Positions 10,260-19,264 of a DNA stretch of 32,000 nt are shown one piece after another. The number at the start of each line of letters is the position of its first letter. Position 1 is the first letter of the stretch. Position numbers and translations under genes: made by a program. Source of the DNA: Aliivibrio fischeri ES114 (GTDB lineage Bacteria; Pseudomonadota; Gammaproteobacteria; Enterobacterales; Vibrionaceae); assembly GCF_000011805.1 (NCBI RefSeq), contig NC_006840.2; one strand, given 5' to 3'. The notes below the pieces were generated by a model. The model did not search any database. It was not told where the DNA came from and worked only from the letters and a program-made list of their open reading frames with translations.

Positions 10260-12803
10260 ATGAATTTTCCAAAAACGTTGTTGGCTAGTGTAATCGCCTT
10301 GTCATTGTCAGCTTGTGGTGGAGATTCTTCATCAGATAGTGGCACAACCACACCAAATGAAAGTAACGTTGCTCATGCCGGTAAAGCAGCAGATGGTTAC
10401 TTACAATACGCAAATGTCTGCTTAGATTTAAATAACAATAAATCCTGTGATGATAATGAACCTTCAGCAACTACAGATGAAGACGGTTCATTTACTCTTG
10501 ATGTCACTCAAAAACAATTGGAGCTTCATCCTTTACTTGTTGAAGTTATTGCTAATCAAACCATTGATAGTGATGCACCAGGAGTCGTACTCACTAAAGG
10601 TTATTCATTGACGGCTCCTGCGGGATCGGATTTTGTCAGTCCGGTGAGTACATTCGTTCAAAATCAAATTGAAAAGGGAAGTACGCCTGAAGAGGCGGTT
10701 GAGATTGTTCAAAGTCAACTGGGAACAGAACTCGATATCACAAAAGACTACATTGCAGAAAAGCAGAACAATGCATTAAGTGATGCCGAAAAAGCAGAGT
10801 TTGAAAAACTGCATAAAGTCGCTCAAGTTACGGCGACTATTTTAGCGGATAAATTAGATGAGCTAAAAAATTCGGCCGCACAAAATGGCATTTCAGACAA
10901 AGATTTAATGAATGTTATTACAGAAGAAGTAAATAATGCAGTGACTAGCATTGTCTCTAGTGTTCAAGCTGCCGGTGATGGATTCGATGTCAGCAATGTA
11001 GCTAGTGCTGTTAAAGATGGAAGTATTAATATCACCACTGAAAATTTGCAAGACAAAGTGGATGTAAATAATGCCGCTCTTGGTTCGAAAAAAGCAAGCA
11101 TTGCAGAGTTAGCAGGGAATGAAGGCTTACTTTGGTTAGGCAGCAACAGCGGTATTGCACCTCGCTTAGAATACGGGGTTATTAGTCAGGACAGTGATAA
11201 CAATGTAGATGAAGAAACATACTTCTCTAATGCCGATTTCGATGGTTTTGAACTGCAAGTTGCAGACTCGACGGTTAACCTTCAACGAGCGCTGACTGCG
11301 GATGGCTGGGTTACTGCTGACGACACCATTGTTACTATTGAATCAAGACCAGATGGAGCTGAGACACTAGTCACGGCAATTCGAGATTTATCTCTTAAAG
11401 CTAACATGAAAAAGGTGGATGTATCTGGCCTGAATGTTAAAAAGATTTTAGCGAAAACCGCTGATGATGGTGTTTGGACAAGCCTTTATTCAGAAACTCT
11501 CGATTTCCCTCAAGGTACTTACGCATATAATTTAAAAATGCAGCCAGAGGTGGAATCTTATTACACCTTTAATGAAGGTAATTGGTGTACTGAAGAGCAA
11601 AAAGCAGAGCGTGGCGGAATGTGTAACTCGGTTGCTGTTGAAACTGGAGTTGGTCCGGGAACGCCTGCCACATCACTTGATCAAATATTTAAAGACGTAG
11701 CGGATGGTGACGTAAACGCAACGGCAATTATGACTGGTATATCAAATGGTGGGGTTGTAGTTGAAATCGTTGCTGGTGGTGTCGTTAACTTTTATACATG
11801 GGACTACATGAACCCCGTATCAGAGGTTATCGCTGTAGGTCAATGGAGCGACATTAATCATCACGGCAAAGTATTAAGAAAAGTCATTGCGCCTGAAGCG
11901 TTAATGAATCGAGACGATATTACATGGAACAACTTTAATCGAGATGATGGTAGTTTGTATCTAACTGTCGTTGATGGTTTTGTGCGTGTTGCAGGTGAAA
12001 TATCGCTTCAAATTGAAGAAGAGTACGTGTTTGGTGCAAATACACTTCAGTTCCTTAAAGACAGCTTACCGACAGCACTTACGTTTAAAGCGTGTTTAGC
12101 AAGTCTAGAGGATGCAAGTTATGTTCTAGAGTCGGGTCATACGATTACTTATGGTGCACAAAAGTCCGTTGCTTGGGTTAATGAAGGTGCGTTAACTGAG
12201 TATATTGAAACGATGGAATACATGGGAAATAACTTCTCATGGGCGAGCGCGTATACCAACATTTATGATATGCCTGCTTGGATTGCAGCTACAGATGGGA
12301 GTTTAGATAAAACATTATTTAAATCTCATGATGCTGATTTCAACTTACTAGCAATGGAAGAGCTATATCACGATGTCGATTACCATTATGGTGAAGAGGG
12401 GTTAAATCCTGACGGTTCTTTTGGTTGGTGGGGCGGTTTAAAAGCAACATTACCAGCGAAGAAATCAAGCTCATCTAAGCTTCTTAATTACGTTTATGCA
12501 GACTCGTACGAGAAAGTATCACTCGTTTCATTTAAGAACTTAGATTTGGTTGGAGGCTCTTTTAACGAGCTTGAGCGTAACGTCATTAATTACTCTGAAA
12601 CCTATGAAGGCAAAGAATCTGTTACTGTTGAAGCAGGTACATTTGATGCGTGCCGAGTAACCGAGAAAGTCTTTGTTGGTGATGTGGTCGATGTAAATAC
12701 GCGTTGGTACATTAACCGTGGTTTCATCAAACAAGAAATGGCAGCACCATCATGGGCACCAGTTTATAACCGTGAAGCTTTGTACATTATAGGGCTAGAT
12801 TAA
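10260..12803 (+). CDS. Large secreted/outer-membrane lipoprotein of unknown function
   Basis: Signal peptide with lipobox 'LSLSACGG', Ser/Thr-rich linker, 'DLNNNKSCDDNEPSATTDEDGSF' EF-loop-like Asp-rich segment, 847 aa, upstream ggagata SD. Confidence 0.75.
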   Translation: MNFPKTLLASVIALSLSACGGDSSSDSGTTTPNESNVAHAGKAADGYLQYANVCLDLNNNKSCDDNEPSATTDEDGSFTLDVTQKQLELHPLLVEVIANQTIDSDAPGVVLTKGYSLTAPAGSDFVSPVSTFVQNQIEKGSTPEEAVEIVQSQLGTELDITKDYIAEKQNNALSDAEKAEFEKLHKVAQVTATILADKLDELKNSAAQNGISDKDLMNVITEEVNNAVTSIVSSVQAAGDGFDVSNVASAVKDGSINITTENLQDKVDVNNAALGSKKASIAELAGNEGLLWLGSNSGIAPRLEYGVISQDSDNNVDEETYFSNADFDGFELQVADSTVNLQRALTADGWVTADDTIVTIESRPDGAETLVTAIRDLSLKANMKKVDVSGLNVKKILAKTADDGVWTSLYSETLDFPQGTYAYNLKMQPEVESYYTFNEGNWCTEEQKAERGGMCNSVAVETGVGPGTPATSLDQIFKDVADGDVNATAIMTGISNGGVVVEIVAGGVVNFYTWDYMNPVSEVIAVGQWSDINHHGKVLRKVIAPEALMNRDDITWNNFNRDDGSLYLTVVDGFVRVAGEISLQIEEEYVFGANTLQFLKDSLPTALTFKACLASLEDASYVLESGHTITYGAQKSVAWVNEGALTEYIETMEYMGNNFSWASAYTNIYDMPAWIAATDGSLDKTLFKSHDADFNLLAMEELYHDVDYHYGEEGLNPDGSFGWWGGLKATLPAKKSSSSKLLNYVYADSYEKVSLVSFKNLDLVGGSFNELERNVINYSETYEGKESVTVEAGTFDACRVTEKVFVGDVVDVNTRWYINRGFIKQEMAAPSWAPVYNREALYIIGLD

Positions 12804-12833
12804 ACTGCTAATTCGTAATAACGATATTTAACG

Positions 12834-12864
12834 TTAAACGCTCCTAATTTAGGAGCGTTTTTTA
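12834..12864. terminator. Bidirectional terminator between lipoprotein gene and convergent POT transporter
   Basis: aaacgctcct-aattt-aggagcgttt-ttt. Confidence 0.88.
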
Positions 12865-12889
12865 TTATTTGCTGATTAGCTAAAAATGC

Positions 12890-14377
12890 TTATGGTTGTT
12901 CAACCAATTCAGCATCTTCTGGTTGTGAGCTTGTCATCATCTTATTTAATTTAGGTGCAGTAAAAGCCATTACAATAGCGACCGCTAAAGTAACAAAACC
13001 AATGTTTTGGAATAGCTCAGTATAAACAGGCAGTGTATCCAGAGGAGCGGTTAAATGCTCTGGCGTTGCACTGAATGTTGCTACATAACCACCAATGATG
13101 AAAGAAGCAGCTTGAGTCAAAAACCATGCGCCCATCGTAAAGCCCATCAAACGTTGTGGAACCAAACTCGCCACCATCGCAAGGCCAAGACCACTGATCA
13201 TTAACTCGCCTAAACTTTGGAATAAGTACACCAATATCATCCACCAAACCGAAACCATACCGGCTTGGTCAGCAAACCAGTTACCTGCGGCTGCAACAGA
13301 TAAGAAACCAAAGGCACACATAAACATGCCAACAGTGAATTTACCTGGCATAGATAAGTCTTTGTTTTGGTTTCCATAGTAAGTATATAGGTAAGCCAAT
13401 ATAGGGCTACAGAAAATCACCCAGAATGGATTTAATGCTTGTAGACTAACAGGGTTAATATCAATACCAAACAACTCAGAGTGAACGTTATTGATAGCAA
13501 AAAAGTTAAGTGATGTTGGCATCTGAGCATATAACACGTAGAAAATGATCGCTTGCAGCATAAGAATGAAAGCCACAATCATTTTGTTGCGTTGTTCACC
13601 TGTTTCTTTAAACGTTTCTTTTAAGAAGAAGCCAACCACACCAACACCGATTAGACCGAGTGCTAAGTTTGCCATCATGATGTTTTGCAATAGCCATGCA
13701 CACACTAGAGTAGATGCAACGGTACCAATTAAAACGATAAGCGCTTTGGTTTTGTTGAGAGGCAGAGCATCAGGTTCAGAGCCAATTCCTTGCACTGTAC
13801 TGCGCAATGAAAAGTAGCTAAATAAACTAGCGATAAGACCTAAACCACAGATGACAAATGCGTATTCATAACCATAATTATTGGCAATAACAGGGCTTAT
13901 AGAAAGGGAAACTAAAGAGCCAATATTAATGGACATATAATAAAGGGTGAATGCACCATCTAAGCGTGAATCGCCTTTCTCATAACACTTAGCTAATAGG
14001 CTGGATGGATTTGCTTTAAATAAACCATTACCAACGGCGATAGCACCAAGGGCTAAATAGATAAAGTTAGGATTTAAAATGGAGAAGCCCATTAAAAAAT
14101 AACCCAAAGCAAGAACAACGGCACCGAACACCATGGTGCGTTTCGTTCCTAGAACATAATCTCCGACGTAGCCACCAACAGAGACAAGCCCATACACTAA
14201 GGCCGCAAATGCACCAAAGGTAACGAAAGAGTCTTGCATGCTAAAGCCAAGCTTATCTACAAAGTAGACGGCGAGGATCCCTTGAAGGCCGTAGTAACCA
14301 AACCGCTCCCATAATTCAATGAAAAATATCATCTTAAATGGCTTTGGTTGGTTTAATATACTTACTTTATTATCCAT
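12890..14377 (-). CDS. POT/PTR2 family proton-dependent oligopeptide transporter
   Basis: '[23 protein letters not shown]' (PTR2 signature ExxERFxYY), '[18 protein letters not shown]', '[31 protein letters not shown]'. Confidence 0.95.
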   Translation of the reverse strand: MDNKVSILNQPKPFKMIFFIELWERFGYYGLQGILAVYFVDKLGFSMQDSFVTFGAFAALVYGLVSVGGYVGDYVLGTKRTMVFGAVVLALGYFLMGFSILNPNFIYLALGAIAVGNGLFKANPSSLLAKCYEKGDSRLDGAFTLYYMSINIGSLVSLSISPVIANNYGYEYAFVICGLGLIASLFSYFSLRSTVQGIGSEPDALPLNKTKALIVLIGTVASTLVCAWLLQNIMMANLALGLIGVGVVGFFLKETFKETGEQRNKMIVAFILMLQAIIFYVLYAQMPTSLNFFAINNVHSELFGIDINPVSLQALNPFWVIFCSPILAYLYTYYGNQNKDLSMPGKFTVGMFMCAFGFLSVAAAGNWFADQAGMVSVWWMILVYLFQSLGELMISGLGLAMVASLVPQRLMGFTMGAWFLTQAASFIIGGYVATFSATPEHLTAPLDTLPVYTELFQNIGFVTLAVAIVMAFTAPKLNKMMTSSQPEDAELVEQP

Positions 14378-14490
14378 ATTAGTTATTTCACCTAGCTGTT
14401 TGTTGTTATGTGCGCATTAAAAACTAATTATGAAAATTAAAACGTGATATTTGTTTGTTTTGTAATCTAGCCTCCGTGATCAAGCTCGCA

Positions 14491-14508
14491 TTAGATTAAA
14501 TGCTCTAA
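14491..14508. repeat. Left copy of imperfect 18-bp direct repeat flanking the accessory segment
   Basis: TTAGATTAAATGCTCTAA; 16/18 identical to 21317-21334 TTAGACTTAATGCTCTAA. Confidence 0.4.
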
Positions 14509-14758
14509 TAATTAATCATTAGTAAAACCGAGTTGAGCAACGTAATTACGTGTCTACTAGGTTGCATAAGTTATTGATAGGTTGAAATTAAATATCATTA
14601 ATGTAACTAGATGGGATTTCAGAGCAATAAACAGCATTAGATTTGCTTATCTAAAGTCATTATTTTTTGATGCGTATAAAGCGTGAGGGAGTGTTTGGGA
14701 TAGGGGGGGTTATATATCCTATAATTGACTGATTAATGAAATAACAATTAGGTCATAA

Positions 14759-15137
14759 ATGATGAATATTAAGCCAATTAGAACGGAAGATGATTATAAA
14801 GCAGCGATGGCTCGTATTAGCGAACTTACTAGCAGCGATCCTGATGCACTGCTTGATAATGAGTTTGATGAATTAGAAGTTTTAACCGCTTTAGCAGAAG
14901 CATACGAAAATGAGTATTATAAAAATGAAGCGCCAGATCCAGTGATAGGTCATTAAACTCAGAATGGAGCAGCTTGGCTAAGTGATAGTGATTTACACCA
15001 ATACTAGGATAATCTAGTCGAGTGACTGAAATTCTGAAAGAAAGAGACGATTTTCTCTCAGCATGATTGGAGACTTAAATAGTAAGTTAAACATATCACT
15101 TGAGAGTCTGATTGGTGAATATCAACTTGTTAAATAA
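14759..15137 (+). pseudogene. Degenerate HigA-type antitoxin gene (COG5499-like), several frameshifts/stops
   Basis: Intact N-terminus 'MMNIKPIRTEDDYKAAMARISELTSSDPD...LDNEFDELEVLTALAEAYENEYYKNEAPDPV'; continuing in shifted frames: IKLRMEQLG (14952-14978), LSDSDLHQY (from 14978), SSRVTEILKERD (from 15013), FSLSMIGDLNSKLNISLESLIGEYQLVK* (15051-15137). Confidence 0.82.
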
Positions 15138-15642
15138 TAATCTAACTTGTTTGTGCCCTAAAACGTGTTTACAAAAATAATGTATTGAATCAGAACTAGC
15201 CCCAATAGCCTTATTTTTACTAATCGTTAAAGGATGCATAAATGAGCATTTTATGCATCGAAAATCTTATAACATTCGAGAAAATCCATACATATCAATC
15301 TACTGCGAAATGTTAAAAGTGTTGTATAGCCCTCGTAAACAAAGATGCATTCTTTCTCCGGTAGTATTTTGAGTATTACTCACGTATTCGAAAAAATTCG
15401 ATTTACAACAATGATTTAGTGGTGGTATCTTGGAGTGTGAATTTAGCAGCCTAGAACGTTATCGCGCTGCTATTGAATAAGCTGTTATGTGTATCGAGAA
15501 AGAGTTCAAATGAGCAAGATAAGAACAACTGTAAGTCATCTTGATGATTATTCTGGTATGAAATAGAAGGCAAAAAATTCATACTACTGTGAGTCATCCA
15601 CTGGGTTATCACGGCTTACCTTGATATTAAATGGTCTAAACA

Positions 15643-15737
15643 CATAACAAGCACAAGCAATCTGACGGTCAAAGCTGTAACGCCTTTTGTTCCAAAATCA
15701 GCACCAGTTTTGCTTGCCGTTGATGCGGGAGTTAATT
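15643..15737 (+). repeat. Weak integron attC-like imperfect hairpin (tentative)
   Basis: ends ACATAAC ... GTTAATT; internal arms GCAATCTGACGGTCAAAGCTG versus CAGTTTTGCTTGCCGTTGATGC are partly complementary with bulges. Confidence 0.25.
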
Positions 15738-15776
15738 GTTAATTATCCCAGAATATCGTGATAGGAATTAGAAGCC

Positions 15777-17513
15777 GTGGATGAGCTAAAAAGTGAATTG
15801 ACCAAAGCTTACAAGGATGACTGTTTTTTTGAGGTCATCCAAGAAATTTATTATCAAGACAGAAAAGGTGAAAAGCTTCTGCTTAGCACTTTGGCTGAAT
15901 TGCATAATGAAGGGAAATTAAACCTCGTAGAATTATTCTACAACTTTAAAAATACCACTGAAAATTATGACTTTTTTTCAGTAAGGCGAGTTTTTGAAGA
16001 AGTTTTACCTAATATAAATGCTCAGGTAAAAGACGTTGCCGAATGTGTGAAACATCTTACGCTAGAAGCAGGCCAAGATATGGCCGCATATATGCTTTTG
16101 TCTCCATTTAAAGAATTTTGTAAAAAAGACACTGTTAGAACCAAAGCTCTCTTTGATATCGCTTTAACCAATATTGATGAAGACTTTGACCATTTATCTA
16201 CGGCGATTGAAGCAGGAGCGAGTATTGATGAAATCACTTACGTCAATCAAGCAATTGAACTGCTTACTCATGAAAATGAGCTAATACTACAAAGAGCCAT
16301 ATTTGCATTAGGTAGAATTAACTACCAAGATAAAATGCTCTTGGAGCCAGTTGCAATAGCTATCATTAAATCATCAGTGTCTTCACCAAGTGATGTAATT
16401 TTAGCAACATCAATGCGAGCGTTGTTTGCAGTTGTTTCTCATTGTGAAGATTTAGAGAGTTTGTTCTTAGATTTTTTAAACACGCATTCGGAACATTTAG
16501 GTGACCGTTATATTCATGCTGCTGCTGAAATACTATTCTTTGATGAGAAAAAACTAAGAGGTAATGTTGAACCTAAGTTGTTGAATATATGCTGTTATAC
16601 CAAACCTGAAAATAAAGGTACTATTGATAAAATCGATTACTCATTAAAGCGCATATTAGAACAAGGTAGCTTTGATGACTGTGTTGTATTTTTAGAGCGC
16701 TTCTTTGAATTAAACGGATATCAATTGTCTGTGAAGCATTTCGATAGCTTTGTTCGAGAGCTGCATAATCACCGAGATACTCACCTGTCCTCATTGCTTA
16801 CCCGATGGTTGTTGTCAAAAAAAATAAAGCTAGGTAAATATGCTTCTGATATTCTTCGGGACTTAGATAAAGGTATTTCTATTGGTTTTGACCGTACTCT
16901 CGTAGCCAAACAAAGCAAAGGCGTACATCTATTTTTGGCGAGAAAAGCTTGTGGGTGGTTTTTCAATCAGCCCAAAACAGCAATCAGTTTAATTGAGTCG
17001 TTAATTCTTGATTCCCCTGAAGATGAATTAAATGATATTCAGCAACTCATATTTCACCCTCTTTGTATAAGCTACCCAGGAAGTATTCGTGAACATCTGG
17101 AAGCATTGAAAGAGTCAAAAGAAGAAACGGTTAAACAAATTGCATCTGGTGTGTTATCTGAATATGACGAATATCAAGTATCGGTAAAAGCAGCTTTTAA
17201 AATAAATGAATTAAGCCCGAGTGAACAAGATAGGCATACATATTGGCGGCATCATAATAAGTTAATGAGCGAATCCATGAAACAGGCTAGAAAAAAGTCG
17301 ATTCTTACCTCTTTGTTTGCTGGTAATGAGTCGGTATTACTCTATGGAAATAAGTCGATTCACTATATACATCATGGTGAACAAAAGACTCGTCAGGAAA
17401 TTCCACTTAGTGAAATAAGTACATCATTTGAATTTGCATCAATGCACAACCTTGACCCGCATGGTTTAGAAAATATGATCTGGCAGTTTAAAGCGGAGGG
17501 CTGTACGTCATGA
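15777..17513 (+). CDS. Uncharacterised alpha-helical (HEAT/TPR-repeat-like) protein, first gene of three-gene operon; GTG start
   Basis: 578 aa, helix-rich with repeat-like 'ENELILQRAIFALGRINY', 'SDVILATSMRALFAVVSHC', 'GDRYIHAAAEILFFDEKKL'; 4-bp overlap with next gene; SD-like aggaa upstream of GTG 15777. Confidence 0.8.
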   Translation: MDELKSELTKAYKDDCFFEVIQEIYYQDRKGEKLLLSTLAELHNEGKLNLVELFYNFKNTTENYDFFSVRRVFEEVLPNINAQVKDVAECVKHLTLEAGQDMAAYMLLSPFKEFCKKDTVRTKALFDIALTNIDEDFDHLSTAIEAGASIDEITYVNQAIELLTHENELILQRAIFALGRINYQDKMLLEPVAIAIIKSSVSSPSDVILATSMRALFAVVSHCEDLESLFLDFLNTHSEHLGDRYIHAAAEILFFDEKKLRGNVEPKLLNICCYTKPENKGTIDKIDYSLKRILEQGSFDDCVVFLERFFELNGYQLSVKHFDSFVRELHNHRDTHLSSLLTRWLLSKKIKLGKYASDILRDLDKGISIGFDRTLVAKQSKGVHLFLARKACGWFFNQPKTAISLIESLILDSPEDELNDIQQLIFHPLCISYPGSIREHLEALKESKEETVKQIASGVLSEYDEYQVSVKAAFKINELSPSEQDRHTYWRHHNKLMSESMKQARKKSILTSLFAGNESVLLYGNKSIHYIHHGEQKTRQEIPLSEISTSFEFASMHNLDPHGLENMIWQFKAEGCTS

Positions 17514-19264
17514 AATTAGTGATAAGACAATACTTAGCATCTTTAAAAGAACGAGGCGAGCTGGATGCTTTATTGCCCGATTTACTGTCACAAATTGGCT
17601 TAGAAGTTTTTTTAAAGCCGGGAGTTGGCAGCAGACAATATGGCGTGGATGTCGGTGCTTTCGGTAAGTTGTCTAATGAATCAGAAAGTAAAGTTTATTT
17701 GTTTTCGGTAAAATCTGGCGATTTAAATCGGAGGGACTGGGATAGCACTAACCCACAAGATTTACGTCCTTCTATTAATGAAATTATCGATGTATTTATT
17801 CCGACCCGTATTCCCGCAGAGTACAATGAATGCCCTGTTGAGGTTTGTTTATGCTTTGGTGGTGAAGTTAAAGAAGAAGTAAGATCTAACGTAAGTATGT
17901 TTTTAGGTAAATTAAAAACTGATGACTTAAGTTTCTCTGAATGGAATGGCGACAGGCTTGCTGATTTAGTAGAGCAACATATGCTTCGTGAGGAACTGTT
18001 GCCTAAGAACTGTCGCAGTTTACTCCGTAAGTCACTGGCGATGATTGACGAACCAGAAGTATCTTTCAAACACTTTAGCCAGCTTGCCATTAGCCTTACT
18101 TGTACTGATGACAAAAAACCAAAAGATATTTTAACGGGCATGCGCCAATTATATTTATGCCTTTGGATATTATACTCATGGTGCAGAGATGAGGATAACC
18201 TAGAGAGCGCATTCTTATCAGCAGAGTTTACGATGCTAAATTCCTGGGAAGCTGCGAAGTTTGCGTTTGGCAAAAAAAATAAGGTAGCAGTTTCTACACT
18301 GACAACTTTAGATTCAATTCTTAGGTTAAATCTACAAGTATCAAATCAATATATTGATGAAAAAATTATACCTTATTGCAATAACTTGTATGCTATCTCC
18401 CACGCAGTAAAGCCGTCTTGTGCCACAGATGTAAACTTAAAATTGTTTGATGTTCTAGGTCGATTAGCACTTACTGGCTGTTGGTCTTATTGGTATTTAA
18501 GCCAAATTAATGATGAAAATGTAGAAGCAGGCAAGTTTTTTTCAGAAGCAGTAACTAAATATCAAGACAGCATTAAGCAGTTAATCGTAAACAACCCTAT
18601 TTTGTTTACACCATACAAAGATGAGCAAGCAATAGATTTAGTATTAGCTCTTTGGTTCCTTTCTCTTGATCATAAACATTGGCGTGATATCAACTCTTGG
18701 TTGAGTAATATGTCACGAGAGATATATCAAATGTTTAAGATCAACGATAAATACCCGACAACCATACGAAGTTATGCTGAATTAATAGAACACCCCGTTG
18801 ATAAAACTGACGAGTATAAAAAGAGCGTCACTAAAGGTTCAATTTTATACCCCTATATATCTATCTTTTCAGCGATTATGGGATTTTCAGAGCCATATGA
18901 AATAGTTAAAAAAATTAAAGAAGAGTTTTTACCACACTGTAACTTTCAAGTGTACTTTCTTGATGAGTCCTCTGAAGATCATTTTTACCGATTCGATAAA
19001 ATACATGGAGCAACATTATCTGATGTATGCGTGACAGAAGAGCCAGGTGAATTGATTAAGCAGTTGGTTGGTGAGTGTGACCAATCAAATAAAGTTTATG
19101 ATATGTCTGCTTTTCAATACTCTTTTTGGCCGATTATATTAACTGGCTGTAGGCATTATAGGTTACCAGTGCCGATGCATTTTATTATTGATATTTATAA
19201 GCAGAGAAAAGAACAAGAAGAAATTGAAACTGATAGCGGAAAAAGCACTGAAGGAATTAAATAA
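17510..19264 (+). CDS. Uncharacterised protein with putative divergent restriction-endonuclease-like (Mrr/PD-(D/E)XK-like) N-terminal domain
   Basis: N-terminus 'ELDALLPDLLSQIGLEVFLKPGVGSRQYGVDVGAFG...SKVYLFSVKSGDLNRRDW' with D47 and S66-V67-K68 in core-like spacing; ATGA overlap upstream, TAATG overlap downstream. Confidence 0.75.
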   Translation: MKLVIRQYLASLKERGELDALLPDLLSQIGLEVFLKPGVGSRQYGVDVGAFGKLSNESESKVYLFSVKSGDLNRRDWDSTNPQDLRPSINEIIDVFIPTRIPAEYNECPVEVCLCFGGEVKEEVRSNVSMFLGKLKTDDLSFSEWNGDRLADLVEQHMLREELLPKNCRSLLRKSLAMIDEPEVSFKHFSQLAISLTCTDDKKPKDILTGMRQLYLCLWILYSWCRDEDNLESAFLSAEFTMLNSWEAAKFAFGKKNKVAVSTLTTLDSILRLNLQVSNQYIDEKIIPYCNNLYAISHAVKPSCATDVNLKLFDVLGRLALTGCWSYWYLSQINDENVEAGKFFSEAVTKYQDSIKQLIVNNPILFTPYKDEQAIDLVLALWFLSLDHKHWRDINSWLSNMSREIYQMFKINDKYPTTIRSYAELIEHPVDKTDEYKKSVTKGSILYPYISIFSAIMGFSEPYEIVKKIKEEFLPHCNFQVYFLDESSEDHFYRFDKIHGATLSDVCVTEEPGELIKQLVGECDQSNKVYDMSAFQYSFWPIILTGCRHYRLPVPMHFIIDIYKQRKEQEEIETDSGKSTEGIK

